A DNA stretch of 40,805 nucleotides from Polaromonas sp. (GTDB lineage: Bacteria > Pseudomonadota > Gammaproteobacteria > Burkholderiales > Burkholderiaceae_C), in contig JBDSZF010000185.1 in NCBI GenBank assembly GCA_039925285.1, positions 1 through 40,805 of the forward strand, given 5' to 3'. The translations under genes were made by a program, and so were the position numbers. Of the stretch, positions 9,205 through 18,496 are shown piece by piece. Each line of letters starts with the position of its first letter. Position 1 is the first letter of the stretch. The notes below the pieces were generated by a model. The model was not told the origin of the DNA. It saw only the letters and a program-made list of their open reading frames with translations, and did no database searches.

Positions 9205-10715
9205 GCCGGCAACCCCACCGGCGAACCCCGGTCATGCAGGAATTCTCCCGCGTGCGACTTCACGACACGGTCGATCGGCTCGCCCTCGGGCCCGACCAGC
9301 GTCACATCCAGCGGCATCTGCCCCAGCGCATGGGTGGCGCAGGACAGGCAGGGGTCGTAGGCGCGGATCGCGACTTCGATGTGGTTGAGCAGGCCCTCCG
9401 TGATCTCGCGTCCGTCCAGGTACTGGCGCGCGACCGAGCGCACTGCTGCGTTCATGGCCTGGTTGTTGTGGGTGGTCGCGACAATCAAATTGCACCTCGT
9501 CACCAGGTCGTCGTCGCCGACCTCGTAATGGTGGATCAGCGTGCCGCGCGGTGCCTCGATCACCCCGACGCCGCCGCGCCGGCGTGGACCAGAGGCCATC
9601 AACTCGCCGGCCAGAATGTCGCAGTCGTCCAACAGTTCGGCGATGACTTCCATGCTGTGCAGTACCTCGATCATGCGCGCCCAGTGGTAGGCCAGCGGGG
9701 CGTGGATCGGCTGCCCCCGGCCCCAGTCGAGGAACTCGAGCCGCTGCGTTTCGGCCAGCGGGCTCGGGATGAAGTCGCAATTCTGGATGCGCGCCAGCGG
9801 CCCGACGCGGTACCAGCCGAGCTGCGGCCCGAGGCTGCGCAGGTAAGGGAACTTCATGTAGGTCCAGGGTTTCACTTCCTCCTCGATCAGGTCGAGGTAG
9901 TTCTGGTCGCTGGCACCGTCGATGATGATGTTGCCGGCCGCATCGCGGGCGCGCAGCACACCGTCGTAAAGGTCCATCGCCCCATCAGCGCGCACCAGCG
10001 ACAGCATGTTGGCTGGAACGCTGCCGAAGCTGTCGTACAGCGCCGGGTTCTGGGCGTGCAGTTGCTTGGCGATGTCCACCGCATCCTGCGCCCAGGCGAT
10101 CATCTGGGCCACGTCGCGCCGCAGCAGCGCGCGGTCCTCGACGCTCACATGCTTGTTCATGCCGCCGGGAACCGAGCCGGTGCCGTGCACGCGCTTGCCG
10201 GCGGTGACGCGGATCACCTCCTGGCCGAACTTGCGCAGCAGCACGCCCTTTTTCGCGATGTCGGGGTGCGCTTGCGCCACGCCGACGATGTTGCGCCGGT
10301 TCAGATCGGAGTCGAAGCCGAACAGCAGGTCGGGTGACGACAGGTGGAAGAAGTGCAGCGCGTTGCTCTGCATCACTTGCCCGTAATGCATCAGCCGGCG
10401 GATTTTGTCGGCCGATGGCGTGACGGGCAGCGCACCGACCACGAGGTCCAGCGCCTTGGAGGCCGCCAGGTGGTGCGACACCGGGCAGATGCCGCACAGC
10501 CGCTGCACCATCACCGGCACTTCCCAGTAGGGTCGGCCCTCGATGAACTTCTCGAAGCCGCGGAATTCGACGATGTGCAGCCGCACTTGCTGCACGCGCT
10601 GCTGTTCGTCCAGCAGGATCGTGACCTTGCCATGGCCTTCGACGCGCGACACCGGGTCGATCGCCACACGGCGCAGGCCTTGCGGCTGGGCGGCGGATTC
10701 AAGGTCAAAATTCAT
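9201..10715 (-). CDS. hoxH: Group 3d [NiFe]-hydrogenase large subunit
   Basis: SRVEGHG, RGFE, L1 QRLCGICPVSH, EAPRGTL and L2 DPCLSCATH, followed by a cleavable tail. Start chosen at MNFDLES (10715). Confidence 0.96.
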   Translation of the reverse strand: MNFDLESAAQPQGLRRVAIDPVSRVEGHGKVTILLDEQQRVQQVRLHIVEFRGFEKFIEGRPYWEVPVMVQRLCGICPVSHHLAASKALDLVVGALPVTPSADKIRRLMHYGQVMQSNALHFFHLSSPDLLFGFDSDLNRRNIVGVAQAHPDIAKKGVLLRKFGQEVIRVTAGKRVHGTGSVPGGMNKHVSVEDRALLRRDVAQMIAWAQDAVDIAKQLHAQNPALYDSFGSVPANMLSLVRADGAMDLYDGVLRARDAAGNIIIDGASDQNYLDLIEEEVKPWTYMKFPYLRSLGPQLGWYRVGPLARIQNCDFIPSPLAETQRLEFLDWGRGQPIHAPLAYHWARMIEVLHSMEVIAELLDDCDILAGELMASGPRRRGGVGVIEAPRGTLIHHYEVGDDDLVTRCNLIVATTHNNQAMNAAVRSVARQYLDGREITEGLLNHIEVAIRAYDPCLSCATHALGQMPLDVTLVGPEGEPIDRVVKSHAGEFLHDRGSPVGLPA

Positions 10716-10726
10716 GCGCGTTTCCC

Positions 10727-11287
10727 TCAGTCGTAGTGCATCAGGCCATGGCCCAGATGAGGTGTTCGCCCGGTCATCAGATCGTTCAGGAAGGACCAGA
10801 ATGCGTCGGCCGACGGAGGACAACCGGGCAGGAAGTAGTCCACATGCACCACCTCGTGGATCGGGTGCACCTGGTTCAGCAGCAGCGGCAGTTCGGGGTC
10901 GTCCGGAATCCGGCTGTTCGCGCTCAAGCCCGGTCGCGTGCGGTAGACCTCGGTCAGCAGCACACCCACGTCGAGGTGGTTGCGCTGGGCCGGCAGCCCG
11001 CCGGTGATGGCACAGGCCCCGACCGCCACCAGCGTCTTGCAGCGGGCGCGGAACTCGCGCAACACCCGCACGTTATCGGCATCGCACAGGCCACCCTCGA
11101 TCAAACCGATGTCGCATTCGCCGACCTCCTTGATGTCGGTGAACGGCGAACGGTCGAACTCGATGTGCTCGATCAATTCGAACAACCGCTCGTCGATGTC
11201 GAGGAAGGACATGTGGCAGCCGAAGCAGCCGGCCAGCGAGACGGTGGCGACCTTGAGCTTGCGCGGCAGCGGGACGGGCGCTGTCAC
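10727..11287 (-). CDS. hoxY: NAD-reducing hydrogenase small subunit
   Basis: SLAGCFGCHMS, GACA and LPGCPP. Short single-cluster form with a GTG start. Confidence 0.95.
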   Translation of the reverse strand: MTAPVPLPRKLKVATVSLAGCFGCHMSFLDIDERLFELIEHIEFDRSPFTDIKEVGECDIGLIEGGLCDADNVRVLREFRARCKTLVAVGACAITGGLPAQRNHLDVGVLLTEVYRTRPGLSANSRIPDDPELPLLLNQVHPIHEVVHVDYFLPGCPPSADAFWSFLNDLMTGRTPHLGHGLMHYD

Positions 11288-12030
11288 TTGGTGCCTCCAT
11301 CGGGCTGGGGCTGCTTCGAGACAGGTTGGAGGTCAAATCGGCGCTGCCCAATCGGAATCGCGAAGCCCCGGCGTTTGGGCAATATCGCACCCACCGGGCA
11401 AATGCTGGCGGCGCGGTCGCCCAGCGTCATGCCGGTGCCGGCCAGCTGGCCACTGTCGCTGTTCACGAGCAGGTGGGTGTGGATGCCGTAGCCGCCGATC
11501 GCAAAGACGCTTTTGCCATCGACCTCGCGGCTGGCGCGCACGCACAGCTCGCACAGGATGCAGCGGTTGAGGTCAAGCAGGATGTCGGGGTGACTGGCAT
11601 CGACCGGGCGGTCGGGGTAGAACTCCTCGAAGTGTGGCCCTTCCATGCCCATCTCGTAGGCGGTGGCCTGCAGCAGGCAGTCGCCGCTTTTCTCGCAGGA
11701 TGGGCAGAAATGGTTGCCTTCAATAAACAGCATTTGCAGCAGCGTCTTGCGATGTGCATTGAGCTCCACCGTGTCGCTTTCCACCACCTGCCCTGTCGCT
11801 GCCCGCACCGTGCAGGCCGCACCGAAGCGGCCATTAACCTTTACCGTGCAGACCCGACAAGAGCCATGCGGTGCAAACTCCGGGTGCCAGCACAGGTGCG
11901 CAATGTAGTGACCGTTACGCGCGGCAGCCTGTAGAAGGGTCTCGCCCGCAATGAATTCGACCTCCTGGCCATCGAGTGAAAAGGCGGCCGGGCGTCCGGT
12001 CACAGTAGTCATGTCGTCCAGCTCGCTCAT
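11284..12030 (-). CDS. hoxU: Diaphorase Fe-S subunit (NuoG N-terminus-like)
   Basis: LC..GSCRVC..AC [2Fe-2S] set, HFCPSC..C, RCILCELCVR and CPVGA. Confidence 0.94.
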   Translation of the reverse strand: MSELDDMTTVTGRPAAFSLDGQEVEFIAGETLLQAAARNGHYIAHLCWHPEFAPHGSCRVCTVKVNGRFGAACTVRAATGQVVESDTVELNAHRKTLLQMLFIEGNHFCPSCEKSGDCLLQATAYEMGMEGPHFEEFYPDRPVDASHPDILLDLNRCILCELCVRASREVDGKSVFAIGGYGIHTHLLVNSDSGQLAGTGMTLGDRAASICPVGAILPKRRGFAIPIGQRRFDLQPVSKQPQPDGGTK

Positions 12031-13853
12031 GGCGAAGTCTCCAGGTGCGCCGCCGGGTCGTCACGCCCGGTCATGCGGCGCGCGATGGACAGCTCCGCGT
12101 CGAGGTCAAAGCCGGGCTCGAAGTGCAGCGACTGCAGCCGCCGCTCGTACGCCGGTCTGAACTTGACGATCGTGTCGCGCAGCGGATTGCAGGCCGAGGC
12201 GCCCAGGCCGCAATGCGTGGCGGTGTGCATTAGCCGGTCCAGCTCGAACAATTCGTCGATATCGTGCCGTGAGCCACGACCCCCGCTGGCGGTGTTGGCC
12301 AGCTTGTCCATGCGCTTGACCACCAGTGTGGTACCGACGCGGCACGGCGTGCAGAAACCGCAGCTCTCGTGCGCGAAGAAATGCGCGAAGTTGCGCGCCA
12401 CCTCGAACATGTCGCGCGAACGGTCGAATACCATGAAGGCACCGGCGCTGGGCACGTCCTCGAAGGCGATGCGGCGTTCGAATTCGAAGGCCGCCAGGCA
12501 CACGCCCGAGGGCCCGCCGACCTGCACCGCTTGCGTGTCACGCGCGCCGCAGTCTTCAAGGATGCGGTCAATGCGCGTGCCAAACGGGTATTCGTACAGC
12601 CCGGGGCGCTCACAGTCGCCAGAGACCGAATGAATCTTGGTGCCAGTGGACTGAGGTGTGCCCATCTTGGCCCACCACACGCCGCCCTGCACGGCGATGT
12701 GGCTGGCCGCACAGTAGGTCTCGACGTTGTTCACCGTGGTCGGCTGGCCCAGGTAGCCCCGCTCGACCGGAAACGGCGGGCGGATGCGCGGCGTGCCGCG
12801 TTTGCCTTCGAGCGATTCGATCAGGGCTGACTCTTCGCCGCAGACATAGGCGCCGGCGCCGACGTGGATGGCGATGTCGAAATCGAATCCCGTCCGGCCC
12901 AGAATGGCGCTGCCGAGCAGGTTCTCGTCGCGCCGCCGCTGCAGCACCGCCTGCAAGGACTCCAGCAAATAGCGGTACTCGCCGCGCAGATAGACCAGGC
13001 CTTGCCGGGCGCCGATGACGAGCGCCGCCACCGTCATGCCTTCGAACACCTCGTCGGCATGGCGCGCGAGCAGCACACGGTCCTTGAAGGTGCCGGGCTC
13101 GCCTTCGTCGGCGTTGCACACCACGTAATGGGGCGAACCGGGCGCCGCACCGGGTGTAGAACCGGTCGCATTGCGGCACAGTTCCCACTTCAACCCGGTG
13201 GCAAAGCCGGCACCGCCGCGCCCGCGCAGATTCGAGCGCTTCATGTCGTCAAGCATGGCCTGCGCGCCGCGCGCCAGCGCCGCTGCGATGGCTGCGCCGG
13301 GCGCCAGCGGCATGCCCAGCAGCACGTCGGCGCGGCAGATGTTGTCGTCGATGGCGAACCAGTCCGCCGGCCACTGCGGCACCGGCACTTCAGCCCGAAT
13401 CAGTTCGGCCAGCTGCGCCACCCTTGGCGCGTCCAGGCGGGTGATCACATGATGCTGGTTGACCAGCAGCGCCGGACCCTGATCGCACAGCCCTGTGCAC
13501 GAAGTTTGGTCCACGCTCACCAGACCGTCGGCGCTGACCTGGCCGGGCTTGATGCCCAGCCGGGCGCACAGATCGGCCATCAGGGCCTCGCTACCCAGCA
13601 TGCGGTCGGTGATGTTGTCGCTGAACAGCACGCGCAAGCGGCCCATCGGCCGGGTGTGAAAGAAGCGGTAGAAGCTGGCCACGCCTTCCACGTGGGCCAG
13701 GGTCAGCTTCAGTTCGCGGGCCATCGCGCTGAGCAGGGAACGAGGCAACCAGCCCATCAGAGCCTGCGTTTCTCGCAGGATCTGAACCAGCGCGTGCGGG
13801 TCCCGCCTGTGGCGGGACAGCACTCGCCGGAAGGCGGCGGACTCTACGCTCAT
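12027..13853 (-). CDS. hoxF: Diaphorase flavoprotein subunit (NuoE+NuoF-like)
   Basis: LRGRGGAGF, NADEGEPGTFKDR, YVCGEESAL, NNVET and ESCGFCTPCR..CGLG. Confidence 0.96.
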   Translation of the reverse strand: MSVESAAFRRVLSRHRRDPHALVQILRETQALMGWLPRSLLSAMARELKLTLAHVEGVASFYRFFHTRPMGRLRVLFSDNITDRMLGSEALMADLCARLGIKPGQVSADGLVSVDQTSCTGLCDQGPALLVNQHHVITRLDAPRVAQLAELIRAEVPVPQWPADWFAIDDNICRADVLLGMPLAPGAAIAAALARGAQAMLDDMKRSNLRGRGGAGFATGLKWELCRNATGSTPGAAPGSPHYVVCNADEGEPGTFKDRVLLARHADEVFEGMTVAALVIGARQGLVYLRGEYRYLLESLQAVLQRRRDENLLGSAILGRTGFDFDIAIHVGAGAYVCGEESALIESLEGKRGTPRIRPPFPVERGYLGQPTTVNNVETYCAASHIAVQGGVWWAKMGTPQSTGTKIHSVSGDCERPGLYEYPFGTRIDRILEDCGARDTQAVQVGGPSGVCLAAFEFERRIAFEDVPSAGAFMVFDRSRDMFEVARNFAHFFAHESCGFCTPCRVGTTLVVKRMDKLANTASGGRGSRHDIDELFELDRLMHTATHCGLGASACNPLRDTIVKFRPAYERRLQSLHFEPGFDLDAELSIARRMTGRDDPAAHLETSP

Positions 13854-14010
13854 GGCGACAACTTCGCTTTCACTCTTGACATGAAAATCCCCATGCGGTG
13901 GCGCACTCGGCTTGGCTGGATAACCCTCAAAAAGCCGGACCCTGCTTCGTTAGAAGCGGAACGACGAACCGTACGCAGTTTCGAGTTTCACGTTTAAGTC
14001 GGCGCACAAG

Positions 14011-14024
14011 TTGACCTGGATCAA
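14011..14024. promoter_or_regulatory. FNR/CRP-family binding box (TTGAC-CTGG-ATCAA)
   Basis: One mismatch from TTGAT-N4-ATCAA, about 160 bp upstream of hoxF. Confidence 0.7.
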
Positions 14025-14060
14025 ATGCGCCGCAGGGAAATGATCAAATATGAGCGTAGC

Positions 14061-14144
14061 TTCTCACTTGGTTCGAGTACGGCTGTCGAGCGTGCAGTGC
14101 AACTGGCTGTGGCGCATGGCGCGTCGTTGCATGCGTTCGATGTG
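14061..14144 (+). pseudogene. Probable remnant of a universal stress protein (USP) N-terminus
   Basis: FSLGSSTAVERAVQLAVAHGASLHAFDV resembles the USP beta1-alpha1-beta2 pattern (DFS..S..A.ERA..LA..HGA.L..HV). The frame then runs antisense into the ATPase gene. Confidence 0.45.
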
Positions 14145-14207
14145 AGCGCCTGGCACGAACATGACTGCTGCCAGGGCCGAGAAGATCAAGGTGAGCAGCG
14201 CATTCAT

Positions 14208-16916
14208 TCACATGCTCCGCACATGCAAGCGGCGCAGTACGAACTTTTCCACCTCGACCGCGAGAAACTTGACGAGGCCCAGCGTGAGGATGACGAGCCA
14301 GGACGCGGCATCCAGCGCCGCCGTCTGGAATACCTGTTGCATTGGCGGGGCATAGGTGAGAAGGAGTTGGAACGCGATCAGCAGCGCGCACATCCAGAGG
14401 GCGATCTTGTTGCCGGTGAGTATGTCCCGTGTGAACGCGGACGCGGTGAAGTGCCGCACATTGAAAAGATACACCAGCTCGCCCAAAACCAGCATGTTGA
14501 CCGCAGCCGTGCGCGCCACCTCAAGGCTGCTGCCGCGCGCGATTTCCCATTCGAACACGGCGAAAGTCACCGCGATCATGAGCAGGCTCACGTAGGCGAT
14601 GCGCACGCCCAGTATCCGTGTGATCAGGGGTTCCGAGGGCTTGCGCGGCGAACGGCGCATGACGCCCGGCTCGGCTGGCTCGAAGGCCAGTGCCAGGGAC
14701 AGTGTGACCGCAGTGATCATGTTGACCCACAAAATCTGGCCGGCCGTGACTGGCAGTGGCATGCCAGCGAAGACCGCCAGCAGGATGACGCCTGCCTCGC
14801 CGCTGCTGGTGGGCAGGATGAAGAGCAGTGACTTTTTGATGTTGTCAAACACCACCCGGCCCTCGCGTACGGCACGGGCAATGGTGGCGAAATTGTCATC
14901 GGTGAGCACCAGATCGGCGGCTTCTCGGGCGGCATCGGTTCCCTTGTGTCCCATGGCCACGCCGATGTCGGCGGCCTTGAGCGCGGGCGCGTCATTGACA
15001 CCATCGCCGGTCATGGCCACCAGCTCGCCTTGGGCCTGCAAGGCGGCTACCAGACGCAGCTTGTGTTCGGGACTGGCACGGGCGAATACGTCGGTTTCCA
15101 GAGCGACGCGCTGGAGTGACTGATCGTCCAGTGACTGCACCGTTTCTCCGGTGAGGGCGTGATCAGCGCTCAGCCCCAATTGCCGACCGATGGCCGCCGC
15201 GGTGACGACGTGGTCGCCCGTGATCATTTTGACGCGCACCCCGGCGCGCTGGCATTCGGCAACCGCCGCAATGGCTTCCTCCCGCGGCGGATCGATGAGG
15301 CCGACCAGCCCCAGCAAGGTGAAGCGCCGGGTGATGTCGGCCATGGACAGCGCCGTCGTGCCGGCTCGCATGTCACAGCGCGCCAGCGCCAGCACGCGCT
15401 GCCCGACACGAGCTGCGTCCTCCATGCGCGCTTCCCAGGCGCTGCCATTGCGTAATGGGTCGCTGGCATCGTGCACGCACAGGCCGAGTACGTGCTCCGG
15501 GGCACCCTTGAGCAAAACGAAGGCATGGCCCGCGTGGTCATGATGCAGTGTGGCCATGAAGCGGTGTTCCGACTCGAACGGGATTTCGTCGGTCCGGGGC
15601 GTGGATGTGGCAGTTTCGATTGGATCCAGTCCAGCCTTGTGGGCGAGTGTCAGCAAAGCTCCTTCGGTGGGGTCGCCCACAAGTTGCCAGCCTTTGGCGG
15701 CATCGTGCTTGAGTTGTGCATCGTTGCACAGCAGTGCGCATCGAGCCAAGTCTTGCAGCGCCTCATCCTGCGCAGCTTCCACGGGCACACCGTCACAGTG
15801 AAACCCCCCCTCTGGCGCATAGCCGGCACCCGTCACGTCCAGGGTGTGATTGGGCAGCATGACCCGCACTGCGGTCATCTCGTTCTTGGTGAGCGTGCCG
15901 GTCTTGTCCGAGCAGATCACTGTGACCGAACCCAGGGTCTCCACGGCCGGCAAACGCCGCACGATGGCGTTCTTGCGAGCCATCGTGCGGGTGCCAATGG
16001 CCAGCACGATGGTCACGATAGCCGGCAAGCCCTCGGGGATGGCTGCCACCGTTAACCCCACCACCGCCAGAAAAATATCGAGCATCGGCATCTCGCGTAC
16101 GAAATACCCGAAGAGAAAAGTGATCAGCCCTGCCGCCAGAATGAACAGCGTGATCTGGCGAGCAAACTGATCAAGCCGGCGCGTCAGTGGCGTGACCAGC
16201 GTCTGCACCTCGCCCACGAGCGTGCCGATGCGACCAATTTCGCTCAACTGCCCCGTGCTGACCACCAGACCGTGCGCCTGGCCGAAGCTGACCACCGTGC
16301 CGGAATAGGCCATGCAGGTTCGATCGCCGATGGACGCGTCGCTGCCCACGGGTTCCGTTCCCTTGTCCACAGGCATCGATTCGCCAGTAAGGGCGGCTTC
16401 GTTGACCCGCAGGTTCTTCACCCGCACCAGGCGCAGGTCGGCGGGTACCCGCACACCAGACTCCAGCAGCACGATATCGCCCGGCACCAGCAGGGCAGCG
16501 TCTATCTCGTGTCGCTCGCCCTCGCGCAGCACGGTGGCACGGCTGGCCAGCATGGCGCGTACGGCATCCAGCGCCTTCTCTGCTTTGCCTTCTTGAATGA
16601 ATCCGATGAGAGCATTGATCAATACCACGCCAGCAATCACGCCCGCGTCCACATAGTCTTTTAGAGCGAATGTGACGGCCCCTGCGACCAGCAGTACATA
16701 GATCAGGGGATTGTGAAGCTGCAGGGCCAGGCGCAGCCAGGGTCCACGTCGCTTGGATGTTGGCAGGCTGTTGCGGCCATATTGCTCTAAACGGCGGGAA
16801 ACTTCCTCGCCGCTCAGGCCCGTGTTGGCGTCGACAGACAGGGTTTGCAAGGCCGCAGACGCTGACACGGTGTGCCAGACGGTCCTGTGATCGGACGCTG
16901 GAGATTGAAGCGGCAT
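14208..16916 (-). CDS. P2-type cation-transporting ATPase (PacL/CtpF-like)
   Basis: LTGES, IPEGLP, CSDKTGTLT, KGAPE, DPPR, MITGD and TGDGVNDAPALK. Confidence 0.95.
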   Translation of the reverse strand: MPLQSPASDHRTVWHTVSASAALQTLSVDANTGLSGEEVSRRLEQYGRNSLPTSKRRGPWLRLALQLHNPLIYVLLVAGAVTFALKDYVDAGVIAGVVLINALIGFIQEGKAEKALDAVRAMLASRATVLREGERHEIDAALLVPGDIVLLESGVRVPADLRLVRVKNLRVNEAALTGESMPVDKGTEPVGSDASIGDRTCMAYSGTVVSFGQAHGLVVSTGQLSEIGRIGTLVGEVQTLVTPLTRRLDQFARQITLFILAAGLITFLFGYFVREMPMLDIFLAVVGLTVAAIPEGLPAIVTIVLAIGTRTMARKNAIVRRLPAVETLGSVTVICSDKTGTLTKNEMTAVRVMLPNHTLDVTGAGYAPEGGFHCDGVPVEAAQDEALQDLARCALLCNDAQLKHDAAKGWQLVGDPTEGALLTLAHKAGLDPIETATSTPRTDEIPFESEHRFMATLHHDHAGHAFVLLKGAPEHVLGLCVHDASDPLRNGSAWEARMEDAARVGQRVLALARCDMRAGTTALSMADITRRFTLLGLVGLIDPPREEAIAAVAECQRAGVRVKMITGDHVVTAAAIGRQLGLSADHALTGETVQSLDDQSLQRVALETDVFARASPEHKLRLVAALQAQGELVAMTGDGVNDAPALKAADIGVAMGHKGTDAAREAADLVLTDDNFATIARAVREGRVVFDNIKKSLLFILPTSSGEAGVILLAVFAGMPLPVTAGQILWVNMITAVTLSLALAFEPAEPGVMRRSPRKPSEPLITRILGVRIAYVSLLMIAVTFAVFEWEIARGSSLEVARTAAVNMLVLGELVYLFNVRHFTASAFTRDILTGNKIALWMCALLIAFQLLLTYAPPMQQVFQTAALDAASWLVILTLGLVKFLAVEVEKFVLRRLHVRSM

Positions 16917-17039
16917 TTTGGAAACCTGATGGGTAGAACGTCATCTTATCGACACTCCTGTCAGCTTTGCTGCCCTGTCTCCCGGTTCCCCGGACATGGC
17001 GGTGTTTTGAACAACAATAGCACCCTGGGAGAAATTGCT

Positions 17040-18401
17040 TTGAATGATGTTTTGCTGTGGCTTGTCTTGGCGCTGGCCGTTTTGAATGGGTTGGTCTCGT
17101 TGTGGCTGGCCTTGCGTCGCTCGGATGCTGCGGGGATTTTGGCGGCAGAGCAGGGCAAGGCCGAGCTGCTGGCGGCTGTGCAGGGCAGCTCCGAACGCAT
17201 GGCGCGTGAACTGCGACGCGAGATCAGCGAATCATCACGCAGTGGCCGGCAGGAGCTCAACACGACGTTTGCGACCTTTCAGCAAACGCTGGTGCAGCAA
17301 AGTTCAGAAGCCATTCGCACGCAAAACGCGCAGATTGATGCGTTTGCGCAGCAACTCACGCTATTGCAGCAAACCCTGTCGGACACGCTGACCACGCAGC
17401 TGCAATCGGTCAGCGAATCCAATGCCCGCCGCATGGGCGAAGTCCGTGAAACGCTGGAAAAGCAACTGGCGCAACTGCAGCAAAGCAATTCCGCCAAGCT
17501 CGACGAGATGCGTCGTACGGTCGACGAAAAGCTGCAGACCACGCTGGAAACCCGTCTGGGCCAGAGCTTCAAGCAGGTCGCCGACCGTCTGGAGCAGGTC
17601 CACAAGGGTCTGGGTGAAATGCAGACGCTGGCGCAGGGCGTCGGTGACCTCAAGCATTTGCTGACCAACGTGAAGACGCGCGGGATTTTTGGCGAGGCCC
17701 AGCTGGCAGCCCTGCTGGAACAGGTGTTTACCGTGGACCAGTATGCCGCGCAGGTGGTGACCCGGCGTGGCGGCAAGAACCCGGTCGATTTCGCGATCAA
17801 GCTGCCGGGACGTTCCGAGTCGGGCGAGCCGCTGTGGCTGCCGATTGATGCGAAATTTCCCAATGAAGACTATGAGCGCCTGCTCGATGCCCAGCAGCGC
17901 GCCGACGCACCGGGCGCCGAAACTGCCGGCAAGGCGCTGGAATTGCGCATCCGCCTGGAAGCGAAATCGATCTGCGAAAAGTACATCGAGCCGCCTTACA
18001 CCACCGACTTTGCCATCCTGTTCTTGCCGACAGAAGGCCTGTATGCCGAAGTGCTGCGCCGCCCCGGCCTGATCGAGTGCCTGCAGCGCGACCACCGCAT
18101 CACGCTGGCGGGGCCGACCACGCTGCTGGCCATGCTCAGTTCCCTGCAGATGGGCTTTCGCACGCTGGCGCTGGAAAAACGCTCGAGCGAAGTGTGGCAG
18201 GTGCTGGGCGCGGTCAAGACCGAGTTCGGCAAGTTCGGCGATGTGCTGGCCAAGGTCAAATCGCAGACTGAAACCGTTCTCAACACGCTGAGCAGTGCCG
18301 AGCAGCGCAGCCGCGTGATGGACAAAGCCCTGCGCAAGGTCGAGGCCTTGCCCGAAGCAGAGGCGGCGCGGCTGATTCCGCTGGACAAAGAGCTGGATTA
18401 G
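17040..18401 (+). CDS. rmuC: DNA recombination protein RmuC
   Basis: N-terminal TM and coiled coil. KTRGIFGE, DFAIKLP, PIDAKFP and FLPTEGLYAE. TTG start at 17040 follows GGGAGA (inferred). Confidence 0.92.
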   Translation: MNDVLLWLVLALAVLNGLVSLWLALRRSDAAGILAAEQGKAELLAAVQGSSERMARELRREISESSRSGRQELNTTFATFQQTLVQQSSEAIRTQNAQIDAFAQQLTLLQQTLSDTLTTQLQSVSESNARRMGEVRETLEKQLAQLQQSNSAKLDEMRRTVDEKLQTTLETRLGQSFKQVADRLEQVHKGLGEMQTLAQGVGDLKHLLTNVKTRGIFGEAQLAALLEQVFTVDQYAAQVVTRRGGKNPVDFAIKLPGRSESGEPLWLPIDAKFPNEDYERLLDAQQRADAPGAETAGKALELRIRLEAKSICEKYIEPPYTTDFAILFLPTEGLYAEVLRRPGLIECLQRDHRITLAGPTTLLAMLSSLQMGFRTLALEKRSSEVWQVLGAVKTEFGKFGDVLAKVKSQTETVLNTLSSAEQRSRVMDKALRKVEALPEAEAARLIPLDKELD

Positions 18402-18496
18402 GGCTGGATTAGGGCTGCTGTCCAGGCACTGCCTGGCCTGCCATGGCGGGGCGCCGGTCCGGAATTCGGCTGCCGACACGAAACAGCCTGTCGAAC

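Noticed and set aside
4928-10823. Long N-terminal extensions of hypE, hypD, hypF and hoxH in the ORF track
   Set aside because: They overlap upstream genes. Internal starts with ATGA coupling or family N-termini fit better.
12864-14831. Plus-strand ORFs of 377 aa and 268 aa
   Set aside because: Antisense to hoxF and the ATPase. Only the short USP-like stretch was kept.
17361-18479. 372-aa minus-strand ORF (similar cases at 21210-22286 and 37538-38758)
   Set aside because: Shadows of rmuC, uvrC and dnaX with no motifs.
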